A stretch of 64,000 bases of DNA from positions 810,371 through 874,370 of the forward strand of contig NW_015170904.1 in NCBI RefSeq assembly GCF_001447785.1, written 5' to 3'. Under the pieces are notes generated by a model that searched no databases, was not told the origin of the DNA, and saw only the letters and a program-made list of their open reading frames with translations. Below, in pieces: positions 38,206 to 51,068 of the stretch. This stretch comes from Gekko japonicus. Taxonomy: Eukaryota. The position numbers were made by a program, and so were the translations under genes. Position 1 is the first letter of the stretch, and each line of letters begins with the position of its first letter.

Positions 38206-40616
38206 TTGGACCAAATACAAATAGCTGACCAAAGTTCAGTCTTTGAAATAGCTGGGTATAAGAATAAATTTTGGGAAACTATTTTTAAGGCACTGTGACA
38301 TGTCCAGCAGGCCTGTTCAAATGTTAAATACAACAATAAAGAATTTGTTCTTAGGCCTGAGATCCGGTTTGCTTACATCAAGACCAATGACACTTTTTCA
38401 CTGATTAATGCCTATCTACATAGTCCAGTCTAGAGATACACAAATCTCCCCCCCCCCAACGTGTGTTGCGCGTCTGTGTGCAGGAAAACCATTTGTGTCC
38501 TACTTACTTCCTTTGGCAAATTTACCCTTTTCATTTGCTTCTTTTATGACATTTTTATTTTGCTTCTACTGTGTTTGATACCATTCATATGCAACAGAAA
38601 AAACAAGCATCCATTAAACAATATATGCTCTACACAACTTTTATTGAGTAGAGGAAGAAATGGCTGCACGTTCATCTCAAGTGTGGAGAAAATAATTAAA
38701 GAAACCTGAACTTTTCAATCAAACCAGAGTTTTGACGTTCAGAAATATTGCTATCTATAGTTCAGCCTTTTTGCCCTTCCAAAGTTCACTTGAATTCTAT
38801 TTATTAAATATTAATTTATGTCGGAATTTTGAACCATTTCTTCTACCCTTAGGCTCATCTATCCCAAATTAAATGTCGGAACCTGCTGTACCACCCTCTG
38901 GCCATCTGTAGCACTAGTGCCACAGCACAATAGAGATTGGCCTATCAGTTCCTTCTCAGTGGTGCAAGGACTTAGGTACAGTGCCCACTGATGTGGGAGC
39001 CCCTGGTTTGAGGTCTTCAACAAAGGCATGCAGTAGAAAAGAGACAATCATAACCATAGTGTCTTTATCACTAGCTTTGTCCTTTGTCCCCTTTACCAAT
39101 CCATTTGAACTATTCACTTGAGCTCACAATGAAATAGATTGTCATGTTTACATCCTCTCTTTAAATCCTTTCCCTTTTCATCTCTGAACCTGTGGCTGAA
39201 TGAAGAAGTAGGTAGAAAGAGAGCTTCCCTCCAGTGGCTTCTGTATCCTACTGTTCTGCTTCTAGATAAATGTTTGGTTCAAAAGTCCCGACGAAATTAC
39301 CAATCAAGCTGCCTCTCAGCTTCACACCATCGTTATGTTTGCCTTAATCAGGTGGCTGGGGGAGCAATTTCTCATTTGCAGCAGGTGGTTGTTTGCACAT
39401 TAGATCAACTCCCATCCTTAGCAATCCTTGGCAGGGGTGTCTGCATTTTGTTTCAACATCTGCCGCTCCTTCTCTCGCTTGCTAGCACACAGATCAAGGG
39501 AGCCTCCTCCTCCAGTGGAAATGAATCCCTGTCTGGAGGAGCTGAAACACAAATGTCACGCTTAGCAGCAAGCATTTGCATCGGAAAGTTAGGGCACGGT
39601 GGTAATTTATTTGATCCACTTCGGCTGCCGTCTTTCCAACTATTCTTTATCTTTGGAGTTTGTCTCGGCAAATGAGGAACATTGAATGACAACAAAGCGG
39701 GACCTGTGTTGTGCCCTTTCATAGTCTTCTATCCAAGAAGAAACGTCTTGCGTTATCCTCGTGAGCCTGGCATTTATCAGTAGAATCCTAAGGAGAGTTA
39801 TTCCCTTCTAGGACCATTGGCTTCAATGGATTTAGGAAAATGTAACTCTGTTTTAGGTGGCAATGTTACACCTAGTCAAATAAATTGTAATGTTCTAATT
39901 CAGTCATGTTCTAAGCCTGTGTGGGGAAATGGTAAGAATGACAGAGTAGAATCTGGGAGACCCAGGTATAAATCCCCACTTTAAAAAGAAAAGAACAAAA
40001 GGGGTGGGATTTAACCCCAAGCAGATAGCATTGATTTAAGTACTGAAAGTTTAAGGAAACATAAATATACAGGCCAAATAATACTGGTAAGTCGATTTTA
40101 AAATGAACAGATATTAACAGTCAAGCATACTCAGCCTAATCTACTCCACATAGCTGTTTTGATGATCAACTGGAGGCGAGAAGGATGTCAGGCACTTTGG
40201 GTCTCCGTGGGGGTGAAAGATGAGGTAAAAATGGAGTAAATAAATAAATATCCCAAGGGGTGTGTTAACATTGAAACGACACCTGCACTATAGAGCATGG
40301 GAAGGCCACGATGTGATTGTCAATCAACTTTCCTGCATGGCCATCAACCTATTCAGAAACCTGGTACATTTAGCATTTTGAACTTTTTCACAGGTACCTG
40401 CAAACAGCAGAAGGCCTGTAAAGCACCTAAGGTAGAACACATACATTTGACCTCGATGTCATTTTTCAAGGCTTCAGGCTTTGAACGGAAGCTCCATCTC
40501 CTCCTGGGACCTGATACTACCCCGGTTCACAGTCTCACCCCTTTTCAATTGCCCCTTTCTACTGCCACCCTGTCCAGTGACAGAGAAGGTGGGGGGGCAG
40601 CAGTATAACTAAGATA

Positions 40617-41090
40617 CAGACTACACAAATATTGCAGGGAGTGCGTCCAATATCGGGAACCATTTGATGAACTTCAGGCTGTTTTAATCTTTCTGTTTTT
40701 CAACAAAAGACGCCATCATAATTCAAGGACGATGTCAAGATAACGGAGACACACAGACGAAGTTCCCCAGAGTTTTACCGCTCGTTTCGACACATTCTTT
40801 CTCAACGCAACGGTTCAATTTTGCATCCTTACAATATCTGACATCAGACTCTCTCCAATTCCACATAGCTTCAAGAGCTCTTGACAAAGTACTTTCACAG
40901 ACGGACAGCAAGTCAAGACTTGTAAGGATGCAAAATTGAACCGTTGCGTTGAGAAAGTGTGTGTCGAAATGAGCGGTAAAACTCCGGGGAAGTTCGTTAT
41001 GATGGCGTCTTTTGTTGAAAAACAGAAAGATTAAAACAGCTTGAAGTTCATTTTAATTGCATGCACTCCCTGCAGTATTTGTGTAGTCTG
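40617..41090. mobile_element. Tc1/mariner fold-back MITE (474 bp)
   Basis: TA on both sides; TIR CAGACTACACAAATA(T/C)TGCAGGGAGTGC; arms 40617-40834 and 40920-41090 are complementary apart from indels. Confidence 0.88.
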
Positions 41091-41243
41091 TACCCTGTCC
41101 AGTGAGCCTGTTCTGGAGGGTATGTGGCCTGGTGAATCCATGCTGTCTAAAGCAAATGGACGAGTCATCATTTGCCCATTGTGACATGCTTACCATTAGG
41201 CATGCACGCAAATATTTAGAGGCTGTAATTTAAACTGCATCCC

Positions 41244-41635
41244 CAGGATAGCTCAATCTCCTCAAATCTTGGACGCTTGGCACGGTTGGCCCTCGTTACT
41301 ATTGGGATGGGAGACCATTAAGGAAGTCCAGGGTTGCTACACAGAGGCAGGCAATGGCAAACCACATCTGAACATCTCTTGCCTTGAAAACCCAACGGGG
41401 TCGCCATACACATTGAAGCTGCCTTATACTGAATCAGACCCTTGGTCTATCAGAATCAGTGTTGTCTACTTCAACTGGCAGCAACTCTCCAGGGTCTCAG
41501 ACAGAGGTCTTTTACATCATCTACTGCCAGATCCTTTTAACTGGCGATGCCAGGGATTGAACTTGCATGCCAAGCAGGTGCTCTAGCACTGAACCACAGG
41601 CCCTTCCCAGGTCAGCTGCAACTTGAAGGTAAAAA
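41244..41635 (+). mobile_element. 5S-derived SINE interrupted by a Squam3-like tRNA SINE (minus strand, ~41410-41610)
   Basis: The SINE body breaks at gggtcgccata| and resumes at |gtcagctgcaacttga. The insert has the gaagctgccttatactgaatcagacc...ctctccagggtctcag signature. Confidence 0.78.
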
Positions 41636-43479
41636 AAAATATATATATGGCACTGCAAGCACACAGAGTGGGGAGGGGGATGTGAATGATTCTGTGCTTG
41701 ACAATTTGGTCAGTTTAAAGACCTGATCATGACTCAGGGGCGGGGGACTACATTCCTTCTTTGCTGGATTAGAAGGTTCTGTATGTTGAGTGCACAAGCC
41801 GCCACAGGCTGCAACACAGAAGTGACAAATGGAATGATTTACCCGCACACAACAATCTGGCAATGAGCTTTTAACACAAGCCACTACTGTGCTGGTGTAC
41901 AGCTGCTCAAGACAGCATTCGAACAACATCGTTGAAGTGATTTGTGTAAACGTGGAGTTTGACTGCTGCAAGTTCGACTGGTGATCACAATCATGTCTAA
42001 ATTCTCAGCATCCCTATTTGAGAGTCAAACTCCTTTCTCAACCTTTCTCAATCAATGCATCTTTCAAGGAGGGCCTGTTGGTGGACTGGCTCAAGCCTGC
42101 AGTCATTTAAATAAGCAGCCTGCTTTAAAAAAAAAAAAGACCCCAGTGTGTGATACTGATTCCCCAGGGGTCAATGGTGTCATATTTCATTTAAAGCTCC
42201 CCAGAGTCCTTTTGAGAAGGAACAGAACCTTTGTCTGCATAAAGCAGATGGTGCCTTGTATAACCAAGATAATTCTCATTCTCCTCTGTCCTGCCTTCAA
42301 TTTGTGCACCTTTGGAGAGCGACTAGAGCAAACTCGGATTGCTGTCTTTTCCGTGATAGCAAGTTCAGCAGTGCAGGATGTGAAATCAAAGGCCCTAACT
42401 GGTATAGCTTGATGTTGGCATTGCTTTCCCAGATAACTGAGTGGATTAATTATAGGACATATATGCTGAATTTTAGCCTTTTTCAACAAAGAAAACTGAA
42501 GGGATGACTGGCATAGTAAGACCGTTCTTCTATTTTCTTGCTCTCTGGTAAATCACAGGCAAGTTTCTTCAGCTATAACTTTCTGGGATTTGGGCTACTA
42601 TGTTCTTTGAAGATATGTCCAGGCTAGTTGAATATTTAGTACATTTTTGTTTGCTGTCGTTAGGATGATGTTTCTTGAAGGGCAAGATGTACCAGCGTAA
42701 GGCATGAGCATTACAAGACTACCATTTCTGCATAAGAGCTTGCCCCACTGTTGACCTCCACAGGTATTCTCAGCTAGTGATTATTTACCCACAGGTTGAT
42801 GCACGGCAGGGTTCTGACCCGCATCTTCCTTCCTTCCCCCTCCCCCGCATCTTTTGAATTCTGCGTTTGCCAGAAGTTTTCATTGCTGTGTTCCTGAACT
42901 CATGGTTTCAAGTGGGGAATTCTTCACATCGCACCTGAACTCCACATTACATCACAACTGCTTCCTTTTTTCCACACCCACCACTCCCGCCCAGCTACAA
43001 ACGTCATCCCTCGCCGTGGGAATTCCTCCTACTGCGAAATCAGTGATTCAGATCTGACGCTTTTTGACGTGCTGGGAATGAGAGGCACTTACCAGATGTG
43101 AAAATGGTCTAAGAGTGCTATGGCACTACAAGGCCGCATTAATGTCTTCTTGACATCCCATCCCTACCAGATTTGCACTGTGTACCTCTAGAGATGGCAC
43201 TAAAGTTTTGAATTGTGAAAGGGGAGGGGGAGTCATTACAGAAAACCTGGACCAGCTGTGACATGCACCTAATTCCCAGCTGAACTTCAAACTGGCTCAA
43301 AATTAGTTTGCTTTGATGCTGCCATTGCCTAGCTTTTCCAGCTGTTGCATGCCTTTCTCCTTGCAAAGTCAATTTGGCGGATTAGGGGGCATGGAAAACT
43401 GGAGGCTTACATGGATTAGAAAACACAGTATCATTTTTCCTGGCCCCAAAACGCACATTATGCCTCTGTAAGTCTTTTG

Positions 43480-43662
43480 TGGGGAAGGATAGCCCTGTCT
43501 CATCATACCTGGGAAGCTAAGAAGGCTTGGTATGTGGATGGGGGACCACCGAGAAAAGCTCTGCAGAAGAAGGCAATGACGCACCTCCTCTGTTTCTCAC
43601 TTTCCTTGAAAGCACCTTGCTGGAGTCACCATAAATAGGCTGCAACTCGACGGCACTTACGT
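43480..43662 (+). mobile_element. 5S rRNA-derived SINE, diverged
   Basis: ggaagctaag...ggatgggggaccacc head and shared body. Confidence 0.65.
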
Positions 43663-44971
43663 ATGTATCTGATGCTTTTGTAAATATAGGCTTGGGGCAA
43701 GCCTCACTGTCTGTTAGTGGAAAATTTATTCATGATCCATGTTCTGAGTCATGGAAATGGTTTGGGGTTGCTGTGGCAAAGGTGTTTTGATCCCTCTGTC
43801 CTCCTGGACTGGCTGAAAGGGGGATCAGCTGGCCCTTACCTTTGTGGCAGCGGGGGGGGGGGCTGCTTCCCCATCAAGTGCCCCTTCAACTCAGTCCTGC
43901 ACCTTTCCCGTTTTTCCTTCCTCTCTCATGGAACTTGCTCTTGCATCTTTTTGCTTCTCTTGAGGCAGGGTACTATTATTGCTGTTGTGGCTGGCATGTT
44001 GAAATTTGGCACTTTGCAGAGTACAGTAAGACATCTGTATCCTGAAGAGCATAGCTGTTATTTATGTATTTATATTTCAATCTAACCTCCCAGCTGGGGA
44101 TTTGAAATAGTTTACCAAAAAGATGGACAAAGAGTGAAAAGGAAAGGGCACGAGGGAACTAAAGTGACCCAATTAAATCCTAATGAGTTCCCCACTTGTT
44201 CATAATATTCCATAGGAAGTCTCCTCATAATTTCCCACTAAATCTCCACTTTTTTCCATTATAGTCTTCTAAGGAAGCTAACAATCTCCTTCTTTTCCCC
44301 AAGCTGTCCGTTCCCCCCTCCAAGCTTGCACATCTTTATTCTTTCATGAATATGAGCACTGTGTTTTAAATAAGACTATATTTTTGACATGTACTCTGGA
44401 CTCCTTTTCAGCTTCTGTACGACTCCTGTTGAACCACAAAGAATTATGGGAAGCATATTTCCCTGAAAGGCAGATAAGACCTATGGACTACAAGCATGGG
44501 CAACAAGTCAGGGAGAACAGAACAATCCTTATTTTGATTGGTCTGCAATTACCATAGTGAACTCTCAGGTCCCTTTTCTTAGAGCAGCAGATGCAGGAAG
44601 GTAGTCTGACATTGGACAATTTGCTTGTTTATTGCTGAATTCCCATAAGTGATGAAGCATAGGAGAGTTTGAAAGGAATTAAATTATGATAAATTCCACA
44701 GGCAAAATAAAAAAGGCAGCAAGAGGAAAGAACAAGACAGAAGAAACAGACTGAAGAAACTATCTGCTTCCAAATGGGCCACTTTCTGCCACTCACCCAC
44801 TTTTAAGTAAGGGATTTCAAAAATTTGGTTGCTTAGCAGGGTGTGTGAAATGGAACCAGAAGTCAACAAAGAAGTTACATAGCAAAAAAGGAATCCCCCC
44901 TAGAAGCTTTTAAAGAACTTGTTCTGCTGAGGGAAACTATGGTGGCTAAGAACTAACTATGAGATACAAGT

Positions 44972-45338
44972 GAACATAAGAACATAAGAGATGCCAAAGT
45001 TGGATCAGGCGAAAGGCCCATCCAGTCCAACACTCTGTATCACACAGTGGCCAGAAATACCAGTGCCATCAGGAGGTCCACCAGCGGGGCCAGGACATTA
45101 GAAGCCCTCCCACTGTTGACCCCCCCCAAGCACCAAGATGACAGAGCATCACTTGCCCCAGAGTCCCTATCTATACCTTGTGGCTAATAGCCACTGGTGG
45201 ACCTCGGCTCACTTGCCCCAGCATCACTTGCCCCAGATGACAGAGCATCACTTGCCCCAGAGTTCCTATCTATACCCTGTGGCTAATAGCCACTGATGGA
45301 CCTCTGCTCCATATGCTTATCTAATTCCCTTTTGAAGC
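44972..45338 (-). mobile_element. CR1-type 3' end with an internal tandem duplication
   Basis: (AAGAACAT)n tail; block gatgacagagcatcacttgccccagag...gtggctaatagccactg present twice (~45137 and ~45236). Confidence 0.75.
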
Positions 45339-46804
45339 AAACAAACAAACAGCAATGCCTGGATTGATAGTAGGGACTTAGTTCAGTTGTGATTGTCTCT
45401 CCCTTGTTCAACTCTTGCTGTATAGACTAAAAGAGATATATCATTCCTTTACAAATGAGATCTGGTCGAACTGCATAACTGGCAAGTGACACCAAACACA
45501 GTAGTCCCTTGAGGAATAAGGGACAAATCCCAACCTTCTGGAGCTCATAAAACTGAGGTTCAAGGTGGCCGAGGGGTATTTTAAATTGTAAAGAAACCAC
45601 AAGTGAAATTTGTGTTTCTAATTTGCTCTTGCTAGGAAGCTGGAAGGCACACTGTGTTTTATTCCATGTCCTCTTCAACCTATGCGTTATGTAACTAATG
45701 CCACCCTATTCCCTCCAGATATGTGTGCATCATTCTGAGTGGGCACTGTTTCACCCTAACAGATGGGCCTGAGCATATGTATACCTGGAATCTGTTCCAT
45801 GCATCAAGATTATTAGAAGACAGCTTGTCACACAGGAATGTTGAAAAGGCAACATTCATGTGTAGAGCATCCATGCAGGATGAGGAGAACAGTGTCATGG
45901 AAATTCACAAGGGGGGGGGGGAGGCACTGTCTCCTTCAATATTACAGACTTAAGATTTCATCTAGTCTCATTATAATAAGGCAAAGCCAAGTCCTAGCTG
46001 GGGTAAGCAATCTTACGCAGGTCTTCTCAGATTCCTACTCAGGTCTGTTCAGTGAAACTTACTACCAAGAAAATGTGCTTAAATATATTGACTTCAATAG
46101 ACTTAGAAGGGTATAAGTCTGCTTAGGATCACGCTGTGTATCTCTTACACAGCCTGTGTTAAGCTGGAGCAGATCCACATTTTCCAAGAGGACACTACTG
46201 AAAAAATTTCCTGTGTGCATAATGATCCCCCTTCTCACTGTAGTGTTTGGATGTGCTTAACATGTGCATCAGGGCCATCATAGGAATATCCATGCCCATG
46301 ATCCATACTATGTGTTTTGATGGAGGAATAAGAATCAAAATGTGATGTCTCCAACTGTTGTGTTACTTAAGGCTAAGAAAAGAAGAGTTACTATTCATTT
46401 ATTCTCTTGTAAAAATCACAAGCCAGAAACCCACAAGGCTTCGTAGGCAGCATCGTCCTTTTCCCTTCCCCACTATTTCCTCTTTCACTTCCCTGACAGC
46501 CCACATGGCTTCTCTATTTTTTCTGCTTCCTTTTCTCCTTCCCACCCAACAGGCAATCTACCCCTCATTCAGTCTTCAGCTTCCTGTCCTTCTCTACCCA
46601 GGAAAACTGCAGCCTAGTTGCATAGTGGGGAATCTGCAAGGACTTATGGGGGGCACCTCATTTTCCCCGGTATCCCCTTCCTTACACCATTTCCCCTTCC
46701 CTTCCTCCTGGCAAATCCCATATCTTCATCTTTCTCTCTTTCCTTTTCTTGTTCCTACACACCAACCAACCTACCTTTTATCTGCCCCTCCTTCAGCTAT
46801 AGTT

Positions 46805-47015
46805 ATTATTTCATTTTTATCTTGCCTTTCTCCACAGCAGGGACAAAAATCAGCTTATGTAGTTCTCCTCTACTCCATTTTATCTTCACAACAATGCTGT
46901 GAGGAAAGTTAGACTAAGCATCTGTAACTGGCCCAAAGTCACCCAGTCAGCTTCTAGGTCAGAGTGGGGATTTGAATCTGTGTATCCCAGACCCTAATCT
47001 GAAACTCTAACCACT
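46805..47015 (-). mobile_element. tRNA-derived MIR-like SINE
   Basis: tttatcttcacaacaatgctgtgagg...ggcccaaagtcacccag...ggggatttgaatc...ctctaaccacta. Confidence 0.7.
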
Positions 47016-47379
47016 ATTCCCTGTAAAGTTAGTGTGATCTAACTCACAGTTTTTTAGCCTCTGGCTTCTTAGCTCAGGAAGGATGGCTCCAGATCAAACT
47101 ACTTTATGCAGTAGCCAAATCGCTCGCTCACAGCTTTAATGTCAGTAGCTCAGAAAGTAGAATTTTTGCTCACAAGACTCCACAGTTTAGAGGGAGCCAC
47201 ACTACCTTTCATGGGGTGGCTACTGTTGAACACTTGCAAGCAGCTGGGCCTGAGTGAGTCATGCAAGTTGCATGGTAGTAAATTGCCCAGTAATTACTGG
47301 TGAGCCTGGCCCCAATTAGTCCTCCCTCAGAGACCAAAACAGCCCTGAAAAGGGCCCTTTCCACTCTGCCTTTTACTGA

Positions 47380-47638
47380 TAGGCTTACCAAACGCCGGCG
47401 GGGGAAATCTATTTCCTGGCAGGATGCGTGCCGCAGGGGACGGCTGTGCGCGCTGCACCCGCCGTCGCCAGGATGTGACGCTCTGCGTTACCCTGGCAAC
47501 GGGACCCAAACAGCCCCGTTGCCAGAGTAACGTGGAGCGTCACATCCTGGCGACGGCGGGGGCAGCGCGCACAGCCGTCCCCCGCGGCACGCATCCTGCC
47601 AGGAAATAGTTTTCCCCCGCCGGCGTTTGGTAAGCCTA
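47380..47638. mobile_element. Young palindromic hAT MITE (259 bp)
   Basis: TAGGCTTACCAAACG...CGTTTGGTAAGCCTA, near-perfect palindrome along its whole length; perfect 8-bp TSD TTTACTGA (47372-47379, 47639-47646). Confidence 0.93.
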
Positions 47639-48204
47639 TTTACTGATAGAAACCAAGGTGTCAATGCTGGCAATACTGTTGTTGCCTAGCAATGGCTACT
47701 GAGGGCATTTGTTTGTTTTTCCTTTAAGATTTCAGATTTCTTTCTGCAGACCTGTGGCTTTTTTCAAGTTTGTGGAAATATCTATTTTGTCTGTTCATGG
47801 CTCTAGTGTCTGGATTTAAGTATCCACAGTTTTGGCCATGTTGAGAATTAGATACATTGATATTTTATCTTTGTACTTAAATGCAACCCAGGTGGCTTAG
47901 AACAGAAAGTGTAACACAGTACATGTATGTAAAACACAAAATCAATAACCCAAAACTAAGTAAAGTAAATTAAATTAGCAATAAAAACAGCAACAGTTCA
48001 TAATCCCAGAAGAATACTAAAGCCGCACCAGCTTGTATTTAATATTTTAAAAAGAGTAACAAGGATTAAACCACACACCACTAAAACCAAAGCAGAACAA
48101 ATTACAGTGTAAAACCTGGCATGCAAATAGGGCAAATTATAGCCAGTCTCCACAAGGTCATCAATGAAGGGACCAATTGAGTTGATAGTATTCATTATAT
48201 GGAT

Positions 48205-48222
48205 TCATCATCATCATCATCG

Positions 48223-48264
<42 letters not shown>

Positions 48265-48282
48265 ATAACAACAACAACAACA
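48205..48282. repeat. Compound microsatellite (TCA)n(AAC)n
   Basis: Directly visible. Confidence 0.97.
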
Positions 48283-48885
48283 TTAAACCAAAAACACATT
48301 TTCTTTGGCCAGTATCTGCAATTCTTTGAGCAAAAGTTCTCAAAGCCATAGCCCAATATGGTTACCTGCTGAAATAAAACCCATAGCTTGCCTAACCTAT
48401 GCTCTTGGTTGCATAGCCATGAGAGTATTCATGTCCTCTCATTATGACACAGCTTCTTTAATACTGCTGAAGTGTTTGGAGAAACACTGTATTGATATTC
48501 TCTAATGAGCATAAATCTCTTTGTAAATTGTTTCCTTTTTATTGACTGTGAAGCAAATGTAACCATGACTGCTATACGGTAATACATTTTTATACCTGCT
48601 AATGGTTTGATGGGCTCATATATCCAGCATCGGCAAGAATGATCATTAGATTGTAAAGGGTGGAAAATACGTTTTATCACTTGAAAATGGAATCCCTTCT
48701 TGAAAAGTAAAACCATAGGTAGATCATTGATTTTAAAAGGTCAGGGTTAAAAAGCTTATTAATGACTGTTTTACTCAGCTGTTCAGAGCATTCAGCTAAG
48801 TGAGAACCCAGCAGCACGGTATTATTGCTAGTTGTAGAAGGAAAAGCCTGTGATCAGATAGCCAGGAGTTTTTGTTACAAATAAT

Positions 48886-49083
48886 GTGATTGTAAAGTGC
48901 TGTTAAGTCACAGCCAACTTATGGCAACCCCATGGGGTTTTCAAGGCAAGTGATTAAGCTGCGGTGATTTGCCATTGCTTTCCTTTGCAAAGTCTTCTTT
49001 TGTGGTCCTCCATCCAAGTACTGACCCTGTTTAACTTCCAAGATCAACAAAACAGGGCTATACTATACCATACCACATCTCCA
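48886..49083 (-). mobile_element. 5S-derived SINE with an 11-bp TSD
   Basis: TTACAAATAAT at 48875-48885 and 49084-49094 flanks the SINE body. Confidence 0.82.
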
Positions 49084-49136
49084 TTACAAATAATAATTGG
49101 TTAATAATAAAAAGGATCAAAATGCTTATTGGTAAC

Positions 49137-50242
49137 TAGGGATGGTCACAAACCCAGAAAATGCAGTTTGGCTTGTAGTTCGTGGCATGCGTGGTTCGCA
49201 AACCATGAACCATCATGAACTTTTAAGAGCCAAACAAACCAGTTCGGTTGTCCTCCAGGCAGGTACACAGATTCAGTTTCTAGGCGTCATAGTTCGTACA
49301 GGAATTCCAGGGTCAGGCATCAAAATTCCAGTTCCAAGGTTCAGGTGTGGGGTAGACAACACATGGCTTCAGATCTGAAGGGCAATCCAAGGACAAGAAT
49401 ACAAAGGTACAGGCCAGGATCAGAGATGAAGAGGACAATCCAGAGTAGAGACAGCAAGGTCAGCAGCTAACTGCTGAGTTTCTTCCACACAGCCTTCTCT
49501 GTGGCTTTTAAGCTCTACGCTTCTCAACAGCCTGTATGCAACATGCTCAACAGCATGTATGCAACATACACATACCAGCTGCCTCAATCCTGGTCCTGCA
49601 TTTTTGCAAGTCCAGCAGAACCAGGACAATGTACAGAGGACCCAGCAGTAACCAGTGTAATCACAGAGTGCCCAGCAGAACACAGTGCCAATGTGGCAAT
49701 GCCAGTTCAACAGGACTGATGTCAAGCACAGAATCACAATCCAAGAATAGGGGGCGTTTTTGGAAGCCCAGCAGAACCAGTACAAAGTACAGAGTACCCA
49801 GCAGTACCAGTGCAATCACAGAATGCCCAGTAGAACCTAGTGCCACTGGCATTGCAAGTTTAAAAGGACTGATCTCAAAGCACAGAGTACAAATCCAAGC
49901 AAGGGGGGTGGGATTTTGCAAGCACAGTGGAAGAAAGGAACTCAGGGCAAAGGGGGGGGGCTCTTGAAGTTGACATGACTAATTTGAAAGTGACAACAGT
50001 GTTTCCGAGGCTGGGAAATTCTCCCCCCCCCCATCGTTTTGAAGTTTGGTTAAAAAAATTAATGGAGACGGTCTGTCTGGAAATGTATCCATTCACAAAC
50101 TGGCACAAACCTCCACGAGCAGCTTGAAAGTTTGTGGAAAGTTCGTGCTGGTTGACTTGCTATGAACTTTCCTTTGTGAACCACAACCTGGCCAAAATTC
50201 ATCACAAACATTAGTTTGTGAGCTTGTTCATGCCCATCCCTA
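49137..50242. mobile_element. Non-autonomous hAT transposon (1.1 kb) with internal ~155-bp tandem repeats
   Basis: TIRs TAGGGATGG / CCATCCCTA; 8-bp TSD TTGGTAAC / TTGGTAGC (7 of 8 match); repeated cccagcagaacc units at 49600-49930. Confidence 0.82.
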
Positions 50243-50292
50243 TTGGTAGCACATGAAGTCCCATAAAACCTATATGAAGACTCCAGCATATA

Positions 50293-50429
50293 CTGTGTTT
50301 CCCCGAAAATAAGACACTGTCTTATATTTATTTTTTCTCAAGAAGACACACTAGGGCTTATACCACAAATGCATAGAAATCCTGCTAGGGCTTATTTTTT
50401 GAGTAGGTCTTATTTTCGGGAAAACAGGG
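50293..50429. mobile_element. Short Tc1/mariner (pogo/Tigger-like) MITE
   Basis: TA flanks; TIRs CTGTGTTTCCCCGAAAATAAGAC / GTCTTATTTTCGGGAAAACAGGG. Confidence 0.8.
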
Positions 50430-51068
50430 TAGATTCCCCTGGGCTCCATTTTCAATTCTGCTGGGACATGCACTCCAGCTTTTGTGTAACCAGGTGCCAA
50501 GGTTCATTCTTTGGAGAAAAGGGGCTTTTGGCACTGGGCCATAGGCAGCTAGGTATGCAAGACCTGACAGATAAGTCCCCACAGGACTAGGTCTGGACTT
50601 AGATGGCATATTAGGGAAGATCCATGGAAGAAGAGCCAATTGCATGCTAGGTATGAAAGATATATCCAGAGATGATTTATTTATTTATTGGGATTTCTAT
50701 CCCACACTCCCCTGCAAGCAGGCTCAGGATGGGTTACAGCAAACTGACAAAACAATAAAAATAATTTCCACATAATTTAAGTTAAAAAACCTAAACACCA
50801 AATTAATTACAGATGATGGCGAGCTAAAAATTCAACAGAGTCAACAAAGCCCCGGAGGTGTGCTGCAAGGGTGCACAAGGGACCCGCATATCACACAGGT
50901 GGGCATAAGTCACCGCCTACAGTGCAAGTTGGTACAGTGCACAATATAGGCGGGTCAGAGCAGGGAAGGCCAGTGTAATCAGACACCGGCTGCCTAAACT
51001 GGAAGAACAGCTCCATTTTGCAGGCCCTGCAGAATTGTAATAAACACAAGAACAAGCAAGCAAGTAGG

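Noticed and set aside
39139-39675. 178-aa ORF (and the 184-aa ORF at 46358-46912)
   Set aside because: No recognisable domain or exon structure. The first overlaps non-coding-looking sequence; the second is pyrimidine-rich low complexity plus a SINE.
47300-47673. Mirror-image ORFs on both strands (MRAAGDGCARC...)
   Set aside because: Artefact of the palindromic MITE.
48161-48349. Poly-Met/poly-Leu ORF
   Set aside because: Translation of a (TCA)n(AAC)n microsatellite.
49600-49930. CRISPR-like or coding repeat array
   Set aside because: Degenerate tandem repeats without unique spacers inside a eukaryotic hAT element; no cas genes.
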